Of a stretch of DNA of 64,000 bases, positions 22,812 through 35,764 are shown piece after piece (within the stretch, counting starts at the first letter, position 1; each line of letters begins with the position of its first letter). Both the position numbers and the translations under genes were made by a program. Source of the stretch: Leucoraja erinacea (lineage: Eukaryota). The stretch is from NCBI RefSeq assembly GCF_028641065.1, contig NC_073408.1:11160001-11224000 (forward strand), in the 5' to 3' direction. The notes beneath the pieces are model-generated. The model did not search any database. It was given only the letters and a program-made list of their open reading frames with translations, and was not told the origin of the DNA.

Positions 22812-24140
22812 TCAACCTCTCCCTGGACAAGTCCGTGGTCCCTGCCTGCTTCAAAAAATCCATCATTGTACCGGTACCAAAAAATGCCTCCCCAGCCTGT
22901 CGGAATGACTAGGTTCGGTGGCCCTTACCTCCATAGTCATGAAAGCTTGAGAGGGTGAAGAATCACATCTGCGCCTTCTCCCCTTGGAACTGGTCCTAGT
23001 TGCAGTTTGCATATCGTGAAACAGGTCCACGGACGATGCGGTCTCCCAGGCCTTGCACACCGCTCTCTCCCATCTGGACAGCCAGAAGGGGGGCTACGTG
23101 AGGATGCTGTTCATAGACTACAGTTCAGCCTTCAACACGATAGTCCCCACCAGACTGGCCGGCAAGCTAATGGAATTGGGACTCAACACCTCCCTGTGTG
23201 CCTGGGTCCTGGACTTTCTCACCGCCAGGCCCCAGGTAGTCAAGATGGGAGGGAATACATCGGAGTCCCTCACCCTGAGCACAGGATCGCCCCAGGGTTG
23301 CTCCTCAGCCCCCACTCCCTGTACACACATGATGTGTGGCTAGGTTCAGCTCCAATTTTAATTAAGTTTGCTGATGACAATCTCTGGTGGGGGCCTGATC
23401 TTAGAAACGACCTGCCTCCGGGAGGAGGGTGGATCGACTGGTGCCAGGATAACAGACCAGTGAACATCAAAAAACGAAGGAGAGGATCATGTTTGAAGGA
23501 ACATCATCCGAGGACGTACACTCTATTGAGGATAAATGGGGATCCTGTGGATAGGGTGAACTGTTTTAAATATCTGGGCGTCCACATCTCCGAGGATATG
23601 ACATGGGCATCACACGCCTCAGCACTCGTGAGTAAGGCAAGGCAGCGCCTTTACCACCTCGGGCAATTGAAGAAATCACAGTGTCTCCGAGGATCCTCCA
23701 GTGCTCTCTACACAGTGCGGTGGAAAGCATCTTGCCCGGGAACATTACCCAACTGGTTTGGGAATTGCACCAAGGCCAAGAAGGCTCCATTCAGTAGTGC
23801 GTTCGGGCCGAACGGACTATGGGAACTTCACTTGCCCCCCTGCAGGAACTATCAACTGCTAACTCCTGAGCCTGGGAGACCCCTTCCACCCCTGTAACAC
23901 TGTTCCACCTGTACTAAAACGCCTTAGTTGCCAAAAAGTAAGAGAGTTGAGAGAGATACCCAGAGGAATTCGGACAGGCCTATCTCAGGGACTACCTCTA
24001 GAACGTTTTTCCTTCCTTTATTTATTATGTAAAAGAATACCAATCCTGATTCTCATAATTTGTTTCCATCCGGTTTTTTCTTTGCACAAAAGTCCGCGAG
24101 CTGCCACTTTCATTTACGGACATCTCGTATGTTTGTAACA
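22812..24140 (+). mobile_element. Rex1/Babar-type LINE fragment, second subfamily, many indels
   Basis: [28 protein letters not shown] and FKYLGVHISEDMTW motifs across shifting frames. Confidence 0.85.
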
Positions 24141-27100
24141 GCAGCAACTTGATCTCATCCTCACTAACCGGACAATTTGTAACAGCAAGTTTGCACAAGT
24201 TTGCAATGTGGGTGGAAACCGGAGCATCCACACGGACACAGGAAGAACTTGCAAACCCCACACAGGCAGAACCCAAGGCTAGGATTGAACCTGGGTCACT
24301 AGCGCTATGAAGCAGCTAGCTTCACCACTGGTTTCACCACTGGTCTTACTAGCTGTACCACTGTACCGCCACAGATGCTATCAACAGCCTTGTGGTCTTG
24401 TTCATCACCGCCTGTGTATGTGATCCATAGCCTTGTTAAGCCCAATCTCCCAGAATGGGTGTTAAGCAACAAAGATATTGCCCTTGGTTGAAAATATCTC
24501 ACAATAGTAACATGAGTGGATAATTGTGGTTATTTATTGTATTTCACTGGACCAACCTCAGACATGCAAGCAGTTGATTTTAAACAGAGAAGTTGTCATT
24601 TGTGGGTTTGCACCAGTAGTTAAGATTTTCTATCCGATAGTCACAAAGGACAACTGGTCAACTCTCTCTCGCCAGACCGAACATGTAGGAGACTGCAGGG
24701 TCTTCTCCTGTTCCTGTGAGCAGTGGCCTTTGGATAAGTTTGAAGGGATGTGTGACCATTGGCTGTTGCTCCAACTTGATTTAGGCAGGGTATGTTATTT
24801 GAGAACAAGGAGTTGGTGTAATGACACCGGTCAGAACGCAGAGTTCCATGGTATTTGGGCCACTTGTGACTTGCAGTTGACCTGGAACAAATAACACTTG
24901 AGAGAAAAGGACGTGATGAACCTCATGACATGAAAGTGTAATGTTAGTTTGGCAAACATTAAATGTGTGCTTGAGCAGTAAATACTTCAATACAGTGGGA
25001 CTGTACAATGGAAGGCAGTGAGAATGACTTGGCCACTCAAAATTGTACATCACTGATGATGGCATCTGGGCAAGTGGGATGAGCAATTGTAGAACATCGT
25101 TTAGGACCATGATGGTCTCTAAGTGCTTTAAAAGCAGATCTCTTTGAAGTTCTGGACCAGCCATGTGACCCTTGACCACTGCCCCCGGCTGATCTGTTCA
25201 TGACCTCAACTTCATTTCTCCTGCTGATCCCCATAATTAATTTCACTTCAGTCCAAACATTCATCCATCTGGCTCGAGTAAACTCGATTGAATTGGCCTC
25301 TGCAGTTTTCTGGGGCAGGGGAGGGGAGGGGTAGAGAAATGTAGAGATGGCATTCCTCCTTCTATTCGTCTTAAGTGACTGATTCCTTAACCTCACAGTA
25401 GCCAACTTGCCAGTCCCTCTGTGGGATTTGAATGTTTTTAAGAGACTACTAGTCATTCTTAAACTTTAGGCCGATTCTGCTCACTTTCCCTGTAGAACAC
25501 CTCACTCTTTCCAGGGATTAATTCAGCGAATCGATGATTTCCTCTTCTAATGCTTGATTCAAAGACTCACTAAGGCCCCATGTAGTTTAACAATACTTTG
25601 CTACTCAATTTGTGCTGTCAAGGTCAACATCCTATTTGCCTTCTGTTCCTGCATTCTAAGTGTTGTTATTTACACATGGAAATCCAGTTTATTCTGAACA
25701 CCCTATATAGCCCTGTCATTGCTGACAAGTCAATGTAAATGCCATTAGTTTCAATTTTTTGTTTGTTAGTTACTTACCTTAATAATTAGTTGCTACTCTC
25801 TCTTCTGTCCCCAAATGTATTTTACTTACAACTCATATCATTAAAAAAATCTCTTGCTTTCTTTTCTTCCTATCATGAGGGTAACTTCCTGTCTCCACAC
25901 GTTATAAGCTTTTGGCAAAAGTCTGCCCACGTAATTCCTTGGCAGACTCTGAGTCCTCATGAAACCACCTACCTTTGTTCTTTTGGAAACTTGAATTCTT
26001 TACTATTGTCCTTTGCATTTAATTTGCAGAATGTAAAGAGTTGAAACCTTGGCACTGATCCCCGAGTTATCCTACTAGTTATAGCTTGCGAGCATGATAA
26101 CTTGTCTTTTCTTGTTTTCTTGAATAGCGTTGCAAGTACAGCAAGCTCTGCAGGTCATCAGCGCTTAAATATTGAGTCATCTGTTATGGTGATGTTGATT
26201 GTGAAATCAATATTGGACAAAAGAGCAGGGAGAAAATCTTGCACATTCTTCAAAATTGTGCAATAAGATCCTTTGCATCTACCCAAGAAGAAGACCTGTT
26301 TCGGGGGTCATGCAGAGGACTGCCCTTTAGTGAAACACTCCCTCAGTATCATGTCGAAGTGTTCAAACCTATAGAGTGAGACTTGAACACATAACCTTCA
26401 GACTCTGAGATGAGAACTTTATCGATGAGGCATGGTTGCCGTGTTGACATTTCTTTTCAATGAATCTACAGGATTGAAGTCAGGAACCACAAATGTGGTG
26501 GTTAAATTTACAAGTAAACATCTGCTGATAAAACCTTTGTCCACCTGTCTTTACAAACTGCAAAGTTAAATAATGTAAAGGCATTGGGATTTCTCCTTGA
26601 ACACATGAAGAGCCTTGTGAGGGACCGTGTTGTGTAATCGGTTGTTAACAGTGCTCGGGATTGACTTTCAGGATTTTACTTCGTTTTATAAGTGTTGAAA
26701 ACACATTTTGGGGGAAAATAAGAGAGGAGGAATAAATTATTGAGGTAAGGAACTAACAAACAATAATGTAGAACTAATAGCAATTACATAGAATTTACAT
26801 CAAGAGCAGAATTGCATCAGGGGTGGAGTTGCCCTATCAGCAAATCTTTTGTATTTGTTTCTCACATGTTTAATTAAACCCTATTAAATTGAACCTATGG
26901 ATTGAATAGGTTCATTGAATTGAATTGAAGATTGAGATTAAATTGAACATCAATCACACCTTGTGTTAGTGAGTCCCAGATAACAGACTGAAGGTGCTGG
27001 GAGATTGGCCGTCAATGGAAATGGCTTGGGTGCAACTGGTTGGTTGGAATACCACTAAATGAGAACACTATATAGAAACCAAAAACGTCACCTGTCCATG

Positions 27101-29608
27101 TTCCCCAGGGATTCTGCCTGACCTGCTGATTTACTCCAGCACTTTGTATTGTTTAAATGAGAACAATACTGCAGAGTGTGGTTTATAGGAGCAGGGTTGC
27201 GAGAGAACCATATGGCCAAGTGTAAATTGGGGAGTTCCAGGGGAAAAAAAACGTATCAAATCACAATTACTCTTTGATCAAGTTGATCATTGCTAAATAA
27301 CATGATCAGTGAATGCGATGCATTTTAGTGAAGAACTGCAGTTAATATTAAGGCATTTGGAATCCTTGGGTTATAGAAGAAAATACACTTCAGGAAGAAG
27401 TGGGAATCAATTGAAGTGACAAGGGACTGGTAATCATGCTGTTGAGGGTTGGGGATGAAGGAGGATCTGTCATTGATGAGGAAAACTGGGTGGTTCAAAA
27501 GAGGAAACAAAAATATTGTGATGTGATGGAGGACAATAGACAATAGGTGCAGGAGTAGGCCATTCGGCCCTTCGAGCCAGCACCACCATTCAATGTGATC
27601 ATGGCTGATCATCCCCAATCAGTAGTCCACTCCTGCCTTCTCTCCATATCCCCTGACTCCGTTATCTTTAAGAGCCCTATCGAGCTCTCTCTTGAAAGTA
27701 TCCAGGTTCGATCCTGACTACGGGTGTTGGCTGTACGGAGTTTGTTCATTCTCCCCGTAACCTGTGTGGGTTTTTTCCAAGATCTCCGGTGTCCTCCCAC
27801 ACTCCAAAGACGTACAGGTTGTAGGTTAATTGACTTTGGTAAAATTGTAAATTGTCCCTCGTGTGTGTAGGGTGGTGATAATGTGCGGGGATTGCTGGTC
27901 GGCGCAGACTCAGTGGACCAAAGGGCCTGTTTCCGCGCTGTATCTCTAAACTAAACTAAACTAAAAACACCACAATGCTGAAAATTAAACTTCCATGATT
28001 CACTTGGATTTGACTTGATAGTTCTTGCCACAAAAAAAAAGTTTCGAAAAGACAAAGTTGAAATAAATTGGGCTGCTGTGTTAAATTGAACTGTTTTCAC
28101 ATTATTTTTCACATTCTTGAGACCTGGGCAGTGTCGTTGGGGAAATATTTATTACCCAACCTGAATTGTTTAGGGGGAGAGAGGCCAGTCTGTCAACTCA
28201 TGTTCTGAAGAAGGATCTCGACCTGAAATGTCATTCATTCCTTCTCTCCAGAGATGCTGCCTGTCCCGCTGAGTTACTCTAGCTTTTTGTTTCGATCATG
28301 TTCACTCGAATCACTGCCAGCGCTGTACCCAGTCCTGTTTAACAAGTGTGTTTTTGTGTAGTGGTGGAGTTGCAATGAGTTATTAATCACAGTCTTTCCA
28401 TCTCTCATTAATAGTTTGTGTATCAACAGCTGTTAGTCTGGATAAGTCTCAGTTCAGGGAGCAGCTTGCAAACTGGGGTCTTGCCTGTTGGTAGCTGAAG
28501 TCAAGGGGATGATGCTGGGTTTGGATCAGGGCCCTGGCTGCTCTCTCTGCACTTGAAGCCGTGCAAGGAAATGTCCCCACTGTCATGACCAGTCAATATC
28601 ACAATGGCACATGGTCTGCTGATTATCTCACTGCTGTTTATGGGCCTTACAATGAGGAACTTGATAAGAATTTCATTGTTCTGCTTTGGTACCTATGACA
28701 ATTAAACACTTGTTTCTTGAAGAGAGTCATAGAGTGCGGAAACAGGCCCAAGTTGCCCATGCCAACCAACATGCCCCAGCTGCACTAGTCCCACCTACTT
28801 GCGTTTGGCCCTTATTCCTCTCATCTTATCCGATCTCTATACTAGTCTAAAAGCTTTTTTTAACTTTGTGACGGTACCTGCCTCAACGACCTTCTTCGGC
28901 AGCTCGTTCCATATACCTACACCTTGCACTTCTCTGTATTAAACACCCTCAACCATTCCTCAGCCCGCCTGCCCAACCAATCAAGACCCTGCTGCAATTT
29001 TTGACAAGCATCTTCACAGCCAACAATACCACCAACGTTAGCGTGTCATGGAATAGAACGTTATTCTGTCAGAATATTTGCTTTCGTGCAGTTTTTCGAA
29101 GTGGGAATTAAAGAGTAGGAGACAGCAATGTGGGAGAGCAGAAATAAGTCAGAACAGGGGACTTTATTATGTTTCTAAATAGTGCCTGTGGTTAGTTGCG
29201 TGATGGAGTTTGTGACTGGGCTACGGGCTATATTTGGAGATAGACTAAGGGAGGCTCCTTCCAGCTGCGCAGCACCTGCTAAATGGGGGAAGCATCATGT
29301 CCTCTGAAGAAATGCCCAATGTACCCTGTGTAGCAAAATGGTTACTTCTGCATAAATGATATGCCTGTGTTTAAAAATGTCAAGGAAGTATTGACGGCAG
29401 TCGAGATTTGAGCCATGTTTCTGTGCAAAGTTCAGTAAAGTTAATATTCACACAGTGCATTAACAGTGTGTAAATGTTGGGCACACAGGCTCTGTGCAGT
29501 TGTACAATCAGTAACCCTCACCCTGTTTCAATAGTGACCTTATACGCAGCGAGCATTTGCTAAACTTGCTGAATGGTGATGAGGGGCTGTGATTTGTTTC
29601 CCATGCAG

Positions 29609-29775
29609 GTATTGGCAATGTTGCTGGGGTCCACGTCTACACAGGAGGCAATGTTGAGGCTCGGAACGGCACAGAGTACCGGCTCAAGTGCACCTTCACA
29701 TCCACCCATCCTGTCGGGAAAAAGACCTCAGTCACTTGGTCCTTCCGACCCGAAAACGGTGGCACTGAGGAAGTT
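29609..29775 (+). CDS. MPZL2: MPZL2 exon 2, first half of V-set Ig domain (VHVYTGGNVEARNGTEYRLKCTFTSTHPVGKKTSVTWSFRPENGGTEEV)
   Basis: 167 nt, atgcag acceptor and GTGAGT donor; NGT..RLKCTF..VG...VTW.FRP resembles human MPZL2 as I recall it. Confidence 0.93.
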
Positions 29776-30935
29776 GTGAGTATCAGGAGGGGAGTTCCAG
29801 CATGTTGGAGAGAGGTGGGAATGTTCCCCTCAGGCTGGGAATGTTAACAATTTAACATTGCAAGCCTAGTGCTAATAAAAAGATGTCCTACATACAAGTC
29901 CAACGCCGATTTTCTGGCAACTGGTGATCTGATGCTCCCCCCCCCCCCCCCCCCCCCCCTTTAATCCGGACGAAACCTCCCCCCCCCCCCGCCGCAGAAT
30001 TGCCCCAGAAAATGTGCCCATGTTGGGTGAAGGGGTTTGATAATGACCTCATCGGGACTTCCGCACCGATCAGCAGGTCACATTTGCCCCCTGAGGAAGC
30101 CTGAGCTGCGGAACTCCGGTCTGGCCAGAGCCAGCAGATCCATTCCCATGGCCGACTTTGCGGGCCGGCATCTCCCAAGGTCGTGACCTCTGTTGGTCCG
30201 GCAAAACGGAGAATCCAGAAAGGCTCTGGAGCCAAGAGTACCGGAGAATCGGAGGTGGGCCTGTAATTCAAGTGTCAACAAGTGTCTCTATTCCACACAG
30301 CAGCTCAGACACATTTACCTGCAAAATACCCTATGCCCCATGAAATTCCAAGGAGGTTTTATCAACACATATACCTTGTTGTGGATAAATCCTCCCTCGG
30401 GACACCCACTTGAACAGACATTTAATTTAGCTGTGTTTATAGTTTTAAACACTCAGTACATTAAATGCACTTCATCGGTTGATATGAACCTTGGGAGACC
30501 CTGAGGTTATGAAAAAGTGCTATAGAAATGTAGATATCGTCTGTAAGACCCTCAGGTCCGTGTGTGTCCCAAAGAACACAGGAACGTGGAATTCTCATGA
30601 GAGACCCAGAACAGTTCTCCCCTGCAGGCTGTGGGTCAACGGCACTGAGTGCAGACAAGGACAAAAATCCTGGGAATGGGCAAGGAAGGGACCTGTCTCC
30701 TGACTTCCAGCCGGCGATCCCTGGTCCTTGTTGTGAATAGCAAGACGGCACATAGTCGAGCCACTGTGCTCATGTCTAGCCATACACAGAGGGTGTGAAC
30801 TTCTGCAGCGGGATATCCAGAAGCTGAGGAATTCTATCCACATTGACAACCATCTGAGAAGAGATAGGGCATAAAGGGGATATACTGTCTCCGACTACAT
30901 TCTATCTCTGTCCTGCCCCCTCCCCTGACATCAGT

Positions 30936-30963
30936 CTGAAGAAGGGTCTCGACCCGAAACGTC
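30936..30963 (+). ncRNA. minimal hammerhead-ribozyme-like motif in a Penelope-derived repeat (best + strand copy)
   Basis: CTGAAGA core, GGGTC-TC-GACCC helix II, GAAA, C-GTC cleavage triplet. Helix I pairing is weak and activity is unproven. Confidence 0.55.
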
Positions 30964-31698
30964 ACCCATTCCTTCTCTCCAGAGATGCTGCCTCACCCGC
31001 TGAGTAACTCCAACATTTTGTGTCTACCAAGGGATATACTAGATGGCTCTAGGGTGGGAAAACCATTGTTACATGGGGAAATAATGTTCAAGTCCTGGAA
31101 TGGAAGGAAACAACAGACACATTCAAAATTTTATGAACAGGTTTGAAGGGAAAAATAAGTTTTAATTTATTCATTTTCTGAGAATATTCTCTGGCAAGGC
31201 CAGCATTGAAGTTAAACCACATGGAGACAGGTCCGTTGGCCCAACTCATGCACTCCGAACAAAACATCTTCAAGAGATTGTCCTATTTACCTGCATTTGG
31301 TCGATATCCCTCCAAATCTTTCCAATCCACAAACCAATTGAAATATTTGTTCATGTTGAATTCTACCCACCCCTACCACTTCCTCTGGCAGCTTGTTCCA
31401 TACACACACCATTCTCTATGTCGAAAACCTGCCTCTTGGGCCCCCTTTAAATCTTGCCCCTCTCACCTTATATTACGCCCTCTATTTTTCGACTCAGCTA
31501 CCTAACTGTGAGAATCCACCATCCATGTCTCTCATGATTTTATAAATCATTATAAGATTATCACTCAACTTTCTTTGGACCAGACGAAATAATATCAACC
31601 TATTTAGTCTGTCCACACAACTCGAGCAAAGCTTGCTCTCCACTGTGCTGGTGGACAGGCTGCCCGCTGAGTGCATAACCTTCCCTTTCTCTCCGTAG

Positions 31699-31909
31699 GT
31701 CATGTATTATCAAGAGCAACCATATGCATCTGCAGGGGGACGGTTTAAGGGACGGGTGGTGTGGTCTGGGAACATTTGGAAAAAAGATGTATCGATTACC
31801 ATCATGGACCTACGCTTCACGGACAATGGGACGTTCATGTGCTCCGTGCTCAATCCCCCTGACGTGGACCTGATCGTTGGTGAAGTCCGACTTGCTGTTG
31901 TGGAAAAAG
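31699..31909 (+). CDS. MPZL2: MPZL2 exon 3, second half of V-set domain (VMYY...GRFKGRVVWSG...DNGTFMCSVLNPPDV...GEVRLAVVEK)
   Basis: 211 nt, phase 0-1; myelin-P0-family DNGTFxCxVxNPPD motif. Confidence 0.95.
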
Positions 31910-32909
31910 GTTTGTGTTAAGGTGTTGTGGCCTGGGTCTGATCCCAATGTAACGTAGTGTCATACAGCATAGAAACAGGCCCTTTGGCCCAACATGCCGG
32001 ACAAGATGTCCCATCTAAGCTAATCCCATTTGTCCACTTTTGTCCCTCTAAACGTTTCCTATCCATGTACCTGTCCAAATGTCTGTTAAATGTTGTAATT
32101 GTACCTGCCTCAACTAATTGCTCTTTTACCCACCGCCTTCTATGTGAAAATGTTTCCCCTCGGGTTGCTATTAACTTTAGGTGCTTGAGTTTACAGTTCA
32201 TTTCAAGTTATTTTAATTTATTGCTTTCCTTCATTGCAAAGAAAAGCAGATAAAGGGATTAACCAGTTGGTGAGGTAACGGGGGAGGAAGCAGATGAATG
32301 TGAAAGGAATCTCCCATTCATCCCGTCATGCCAACCCTAACCCTTCCATGGAGGAACATTGCTTGGCTATGGTGTACTTCCAAGTACGTCTCATTTTGAC
32401 CAAAATAAGACATGCAAGAAGGTTTTGGGAACTATGTAAAGCACAAACTAAACAGTTTCAAGGGAAACCAGCTGGCAGCAATCACATGAGATAACTTTAA
32501 AGCTGATTAAGATAAGTCTGTTTAGTTAACATATGGTAATAGCATATTCCAGATTCCTGTCACATGTGTATGATTGATGTACAGTCACAGACCCGCTTCT
32601 GCGCTTTGCCACTTTATATACTTGCATCAAATCTACACTTGGCTTTCACTAAAGCAAGGAGTCCCAGACTCTCTCATATGTCCATAACCACCACAGTGCA
32701 ACATCCTGGGAATGTCTGTCTTTAATCTTTGCTGGACCCTCCTCGAATAGTACGAACATACTTTAAAAAAAAAACTGGTGTGTCTAAATGCTGATAAATC
32801 CAGAGGGTTGGGATTGAGTTTTGGAAGGTGGCACCCCGCTGAGCTGTGTGTGGTAAGGAACTTGCTCTAAATTGGTGACGTCTTTCTCCCGCTGCTCTCG
32901 GCCCTGCAG

Positions 32910-33096
32910 TCACCTACTCAGAGATGTTGATCTTGGGCATTGTGATCGGAGGAGCAACGGGGCTGGTGGTCCTGATCGTCATCTGTATGGTCACGGTCCA
33001 GCTTTGCAGGAGGAGGAGGGAGGACTTGAGTGTGGAGGAGGTGGAGGTGGAGGCGCATCTACGGAGGGACGAACGAAGATACGAGAGCAAAGATGG
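32910..33096 (+). CDS. MPZL2: MPZL2 exon 4, transmembrane and juxtamembrane (VTYSEMLILGIVIGGATGLVVLIVICMVTVQLCRRRRED...)
   Basis: ccctgcag acceptor, TM helix followed by RRRR stop-transfer, GG|GTAAGG donor (phase 2). Confidence 0.88.
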
Positions 33097-34843
33097 GTAA
33101 GGAGCTACACTCTGCCTCTCCCTGTAGAGGGACATGCTGCCCCCACTGTCTACAGGTAAGGCTCTTCCTGCTTTTACTTTTCATCAGCCACTGCATCAGC
33201 CCAGCAGCCACACTTGGTTTTGGAATATGAGATCAGTCATCTCTCCCAATCTCCCTCTCGCCTGTTCTCTTGTCTTCACTCTTTCCCCACCTCCCTCTTT
33301 CTGCCACCTCACCCTACCACGCTTTCCTCCCCTTGTCCCCATTCTTTCCACTGCTTATTCCCAAATTTCTTCACTGCTTACCCATCCACGAGGGAACAGA
33401 AATACCAAGGCCCCATTCCAACTGCTGTGTTAAAACACGACAAACCAATGGGCAAGAATCACCAGCATAAAGATCGGCCAATGTTTTGTGGTTCAGTCTC
33501 GGTGTGGACTAATACTCAGTTGTTGGGTGTCCTCCACATGCCATCACTTAAAAAGATGTCCCAGATTTAGGTCTGTATTCTTTGGAGTTTAGAAGAATGA
33601 TAGGGTGATCTTATTGAAACGTATGTATAAGGCCTTATTGGGGCATGACGGGTCATATGTTTTCATGAGTCGATGGGTCTCAAGTGGCAGGACAAGATAA
33701 GGGGACGGTCATTTAAAAACCAAGGTGGGTTTCTCTCATCTCTCAGAAGGCAGTGAATCCCTGAGCCCAATGAATAGTGGAGGCTGGATCATTAGAAGCA
33801 ATTAAGATGGGTGTAGATACATTCATGAAAGATCAAGAATTGAAGTCCATGTGGATCTGGCAATGGAAAATTGAGACCCAAGGTAGATCATGGATCATTG
33901 AATCATGGATAGACACAACATGTTGGAGTAACTTAGCGGGACAGGCGGCATAATGCTGCATTTTGTGTCTATCTTCGGTTTACAACAGCATCTGCAGTTC
34001 CTTTCTATCCTATATTGTTCTTATTTCATGCCCGTGAACTTACTGGGCCCCGCATCCTGGGCCTTGAGTTTAAACTACCAATGACACAGATCACGGGCTG
34101 ATCCTGTGGAGCTCCTCCTCCCTTACCTTCCCTCTGTATTCTTTTAACAGTATGGAAATGGGGAAGTTCAATGGTGAGGTGCTGAGTCTGACTGAAGAGG
34201 CCGAGTCAGCAAGGGTTTCCTGAAGACTGAAGGTACCTAACTCAACAGTTTGTTGTCCTTTATATTAAAGAAACAAAAGTCCCATGACCCAGCATCATCT
34301 TCCCCTCCAGCTCCCTCATGAGCCCTCCCTCAGTTTATAGTACCGAGAAGTTCACATCCCACTCCTGAGACTTAACCCAGTGCAGTAACATGGGAAGCTG
34401 CATTGTCAGAGAGGTCACCAATGGGTTACTTCACTATCTCCCAAACAGCAATGAGGAGGAATTGGGATTTGGATAAGAAGTTAAATTGTAATTGCTTTTG
34501 TTCCCTGCCCTTTCAAATCCATGTAAAAGAGTCTACTATTTTAAAGAAAGGAGGTGTTCCTGGCTGAGTGAAGGGGCAATATTTGTTTTCCCTCAACTAA
34601 CGTCACTAAAACAGACAATCTGATGGTTTGCTGCTGAATTTCCTACACTGCAACAGTGACTATGCTTGCAAGTGCTGTTTTGGAAGCGAAGCATTCTGCA
34701 AGGTTGTAAGATAGTCATTGTAAGATACTATAGAAATGCATGACTTCCTTTGCTAACCTCACAGCCCCACCTGCACCCCCACCTATCGCACACAGCCCCG
34801 TGCTTACCTGTCCAAGTGCTGGCATTTGTGCAGAATGATCTTA

Positions 34844-35048
34844 TGCCCCTGTCCCACTTAGGAAACCTGAACGGAAACCTCTGGAGATATTGCGCCCCAC
34901 CCAAGGTTTCCGTGCGGTTCCCGGTGGTTTTTGTCAGTCTCCCTACCTGCTCCACTACCTGCAACCTCCGGGAACCGCACGGAAACCTTGGGTGGGGTGC
35001 AAAGTCTCCAGAGGTTTCCGTTCAGGTTTCCTAAGTGGGACAGGGGCA
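34844..35048. mobile_element. palindromic PIF/Harbinger-like MITE
   Basis: TIR TGCCCCTGTCCCACTTAGG.../...CCTAAGTGGGACAGGGGCA, about 80-bp arms, TTA target duplication at 34841-34843 and 35049-35051. Confidence 0.9.
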
Positions 35049-35712
35049 TTATTTAGTGATCAAGAGAGTACCCTTGGCACTGTGTTTCCTCACCTTGCCA
35101 ATCCTTAATGCTTTTCCTCACCACCGCCTCATTCAATTCCCACGTGTGTTTTTTCAGGACTGCGATCCCACGGGTGATGGGAATACCACTGTTTGCACCA
35201 GTTGAATGGCGTGGGCGGAAAAAGCGTGATGTTTGTGGGTGGGTGGTGGGGAGTGTGTGTGTGTGGGGGGGGGGAAGAGAGGCGTCAGTCACAGAGAAAT
35301 TCTTTCTATCCTGCCAAATCCATGATTTATTATTAATGCCTTTGACTACATTTTTACCTTTGAAACTCAAGGCTGTTCTCTTTAAAAGTGCAAGCAATTT
35401 TCCATAAGGGGATTTGACCTGGACCAAGATCCAAAGTGTCGAGCAGTCAAAGAGCTTCAATGACGGCACCAATTTTCACTAACCAACCCCTACTACTTTT
35501 GAGTTGGTGCTCTCTCCATGGAGAAGATGCTCCTGCACTATGGGTGGCCTGGGATTTAGATTTAGTGACTGGCTGGCATATCGTTCAGGAAACTGGGAGA
35601 TTCTGGTGATCTCAGATATTTGGCACACATGAGTGTGGTGGTCAAACAACAAATGTAACTGCAACCATGGACTGTCCTTGTTTGGTAAAACAGTGTTCTT
35701 CACCTTTTCCAG

Positions 35713-35764
35713 GTCTGTCGCAGAACAAAGTTTAATTTTAACAAGAGAAGAAGCAAGATTTTAA
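35713..35764 (+). CDS. MPZL2: MPZL2 putative last coding exon (G)SVAEQSLILTREEARF*
   Basis: ttcttcaccttttccag acceptor; phase-2 compatible open frame to TAA, followed by a repeat-poor AT-rich 3'UTR-like region. Confidence 0.6.

Noticed and set aside
33128-33155. Separate 28-nt MPZL2 exon after ccctgtag
   Set aside because: Would need an intron of about 31 nt, too short; treated as an alternative donor instead.
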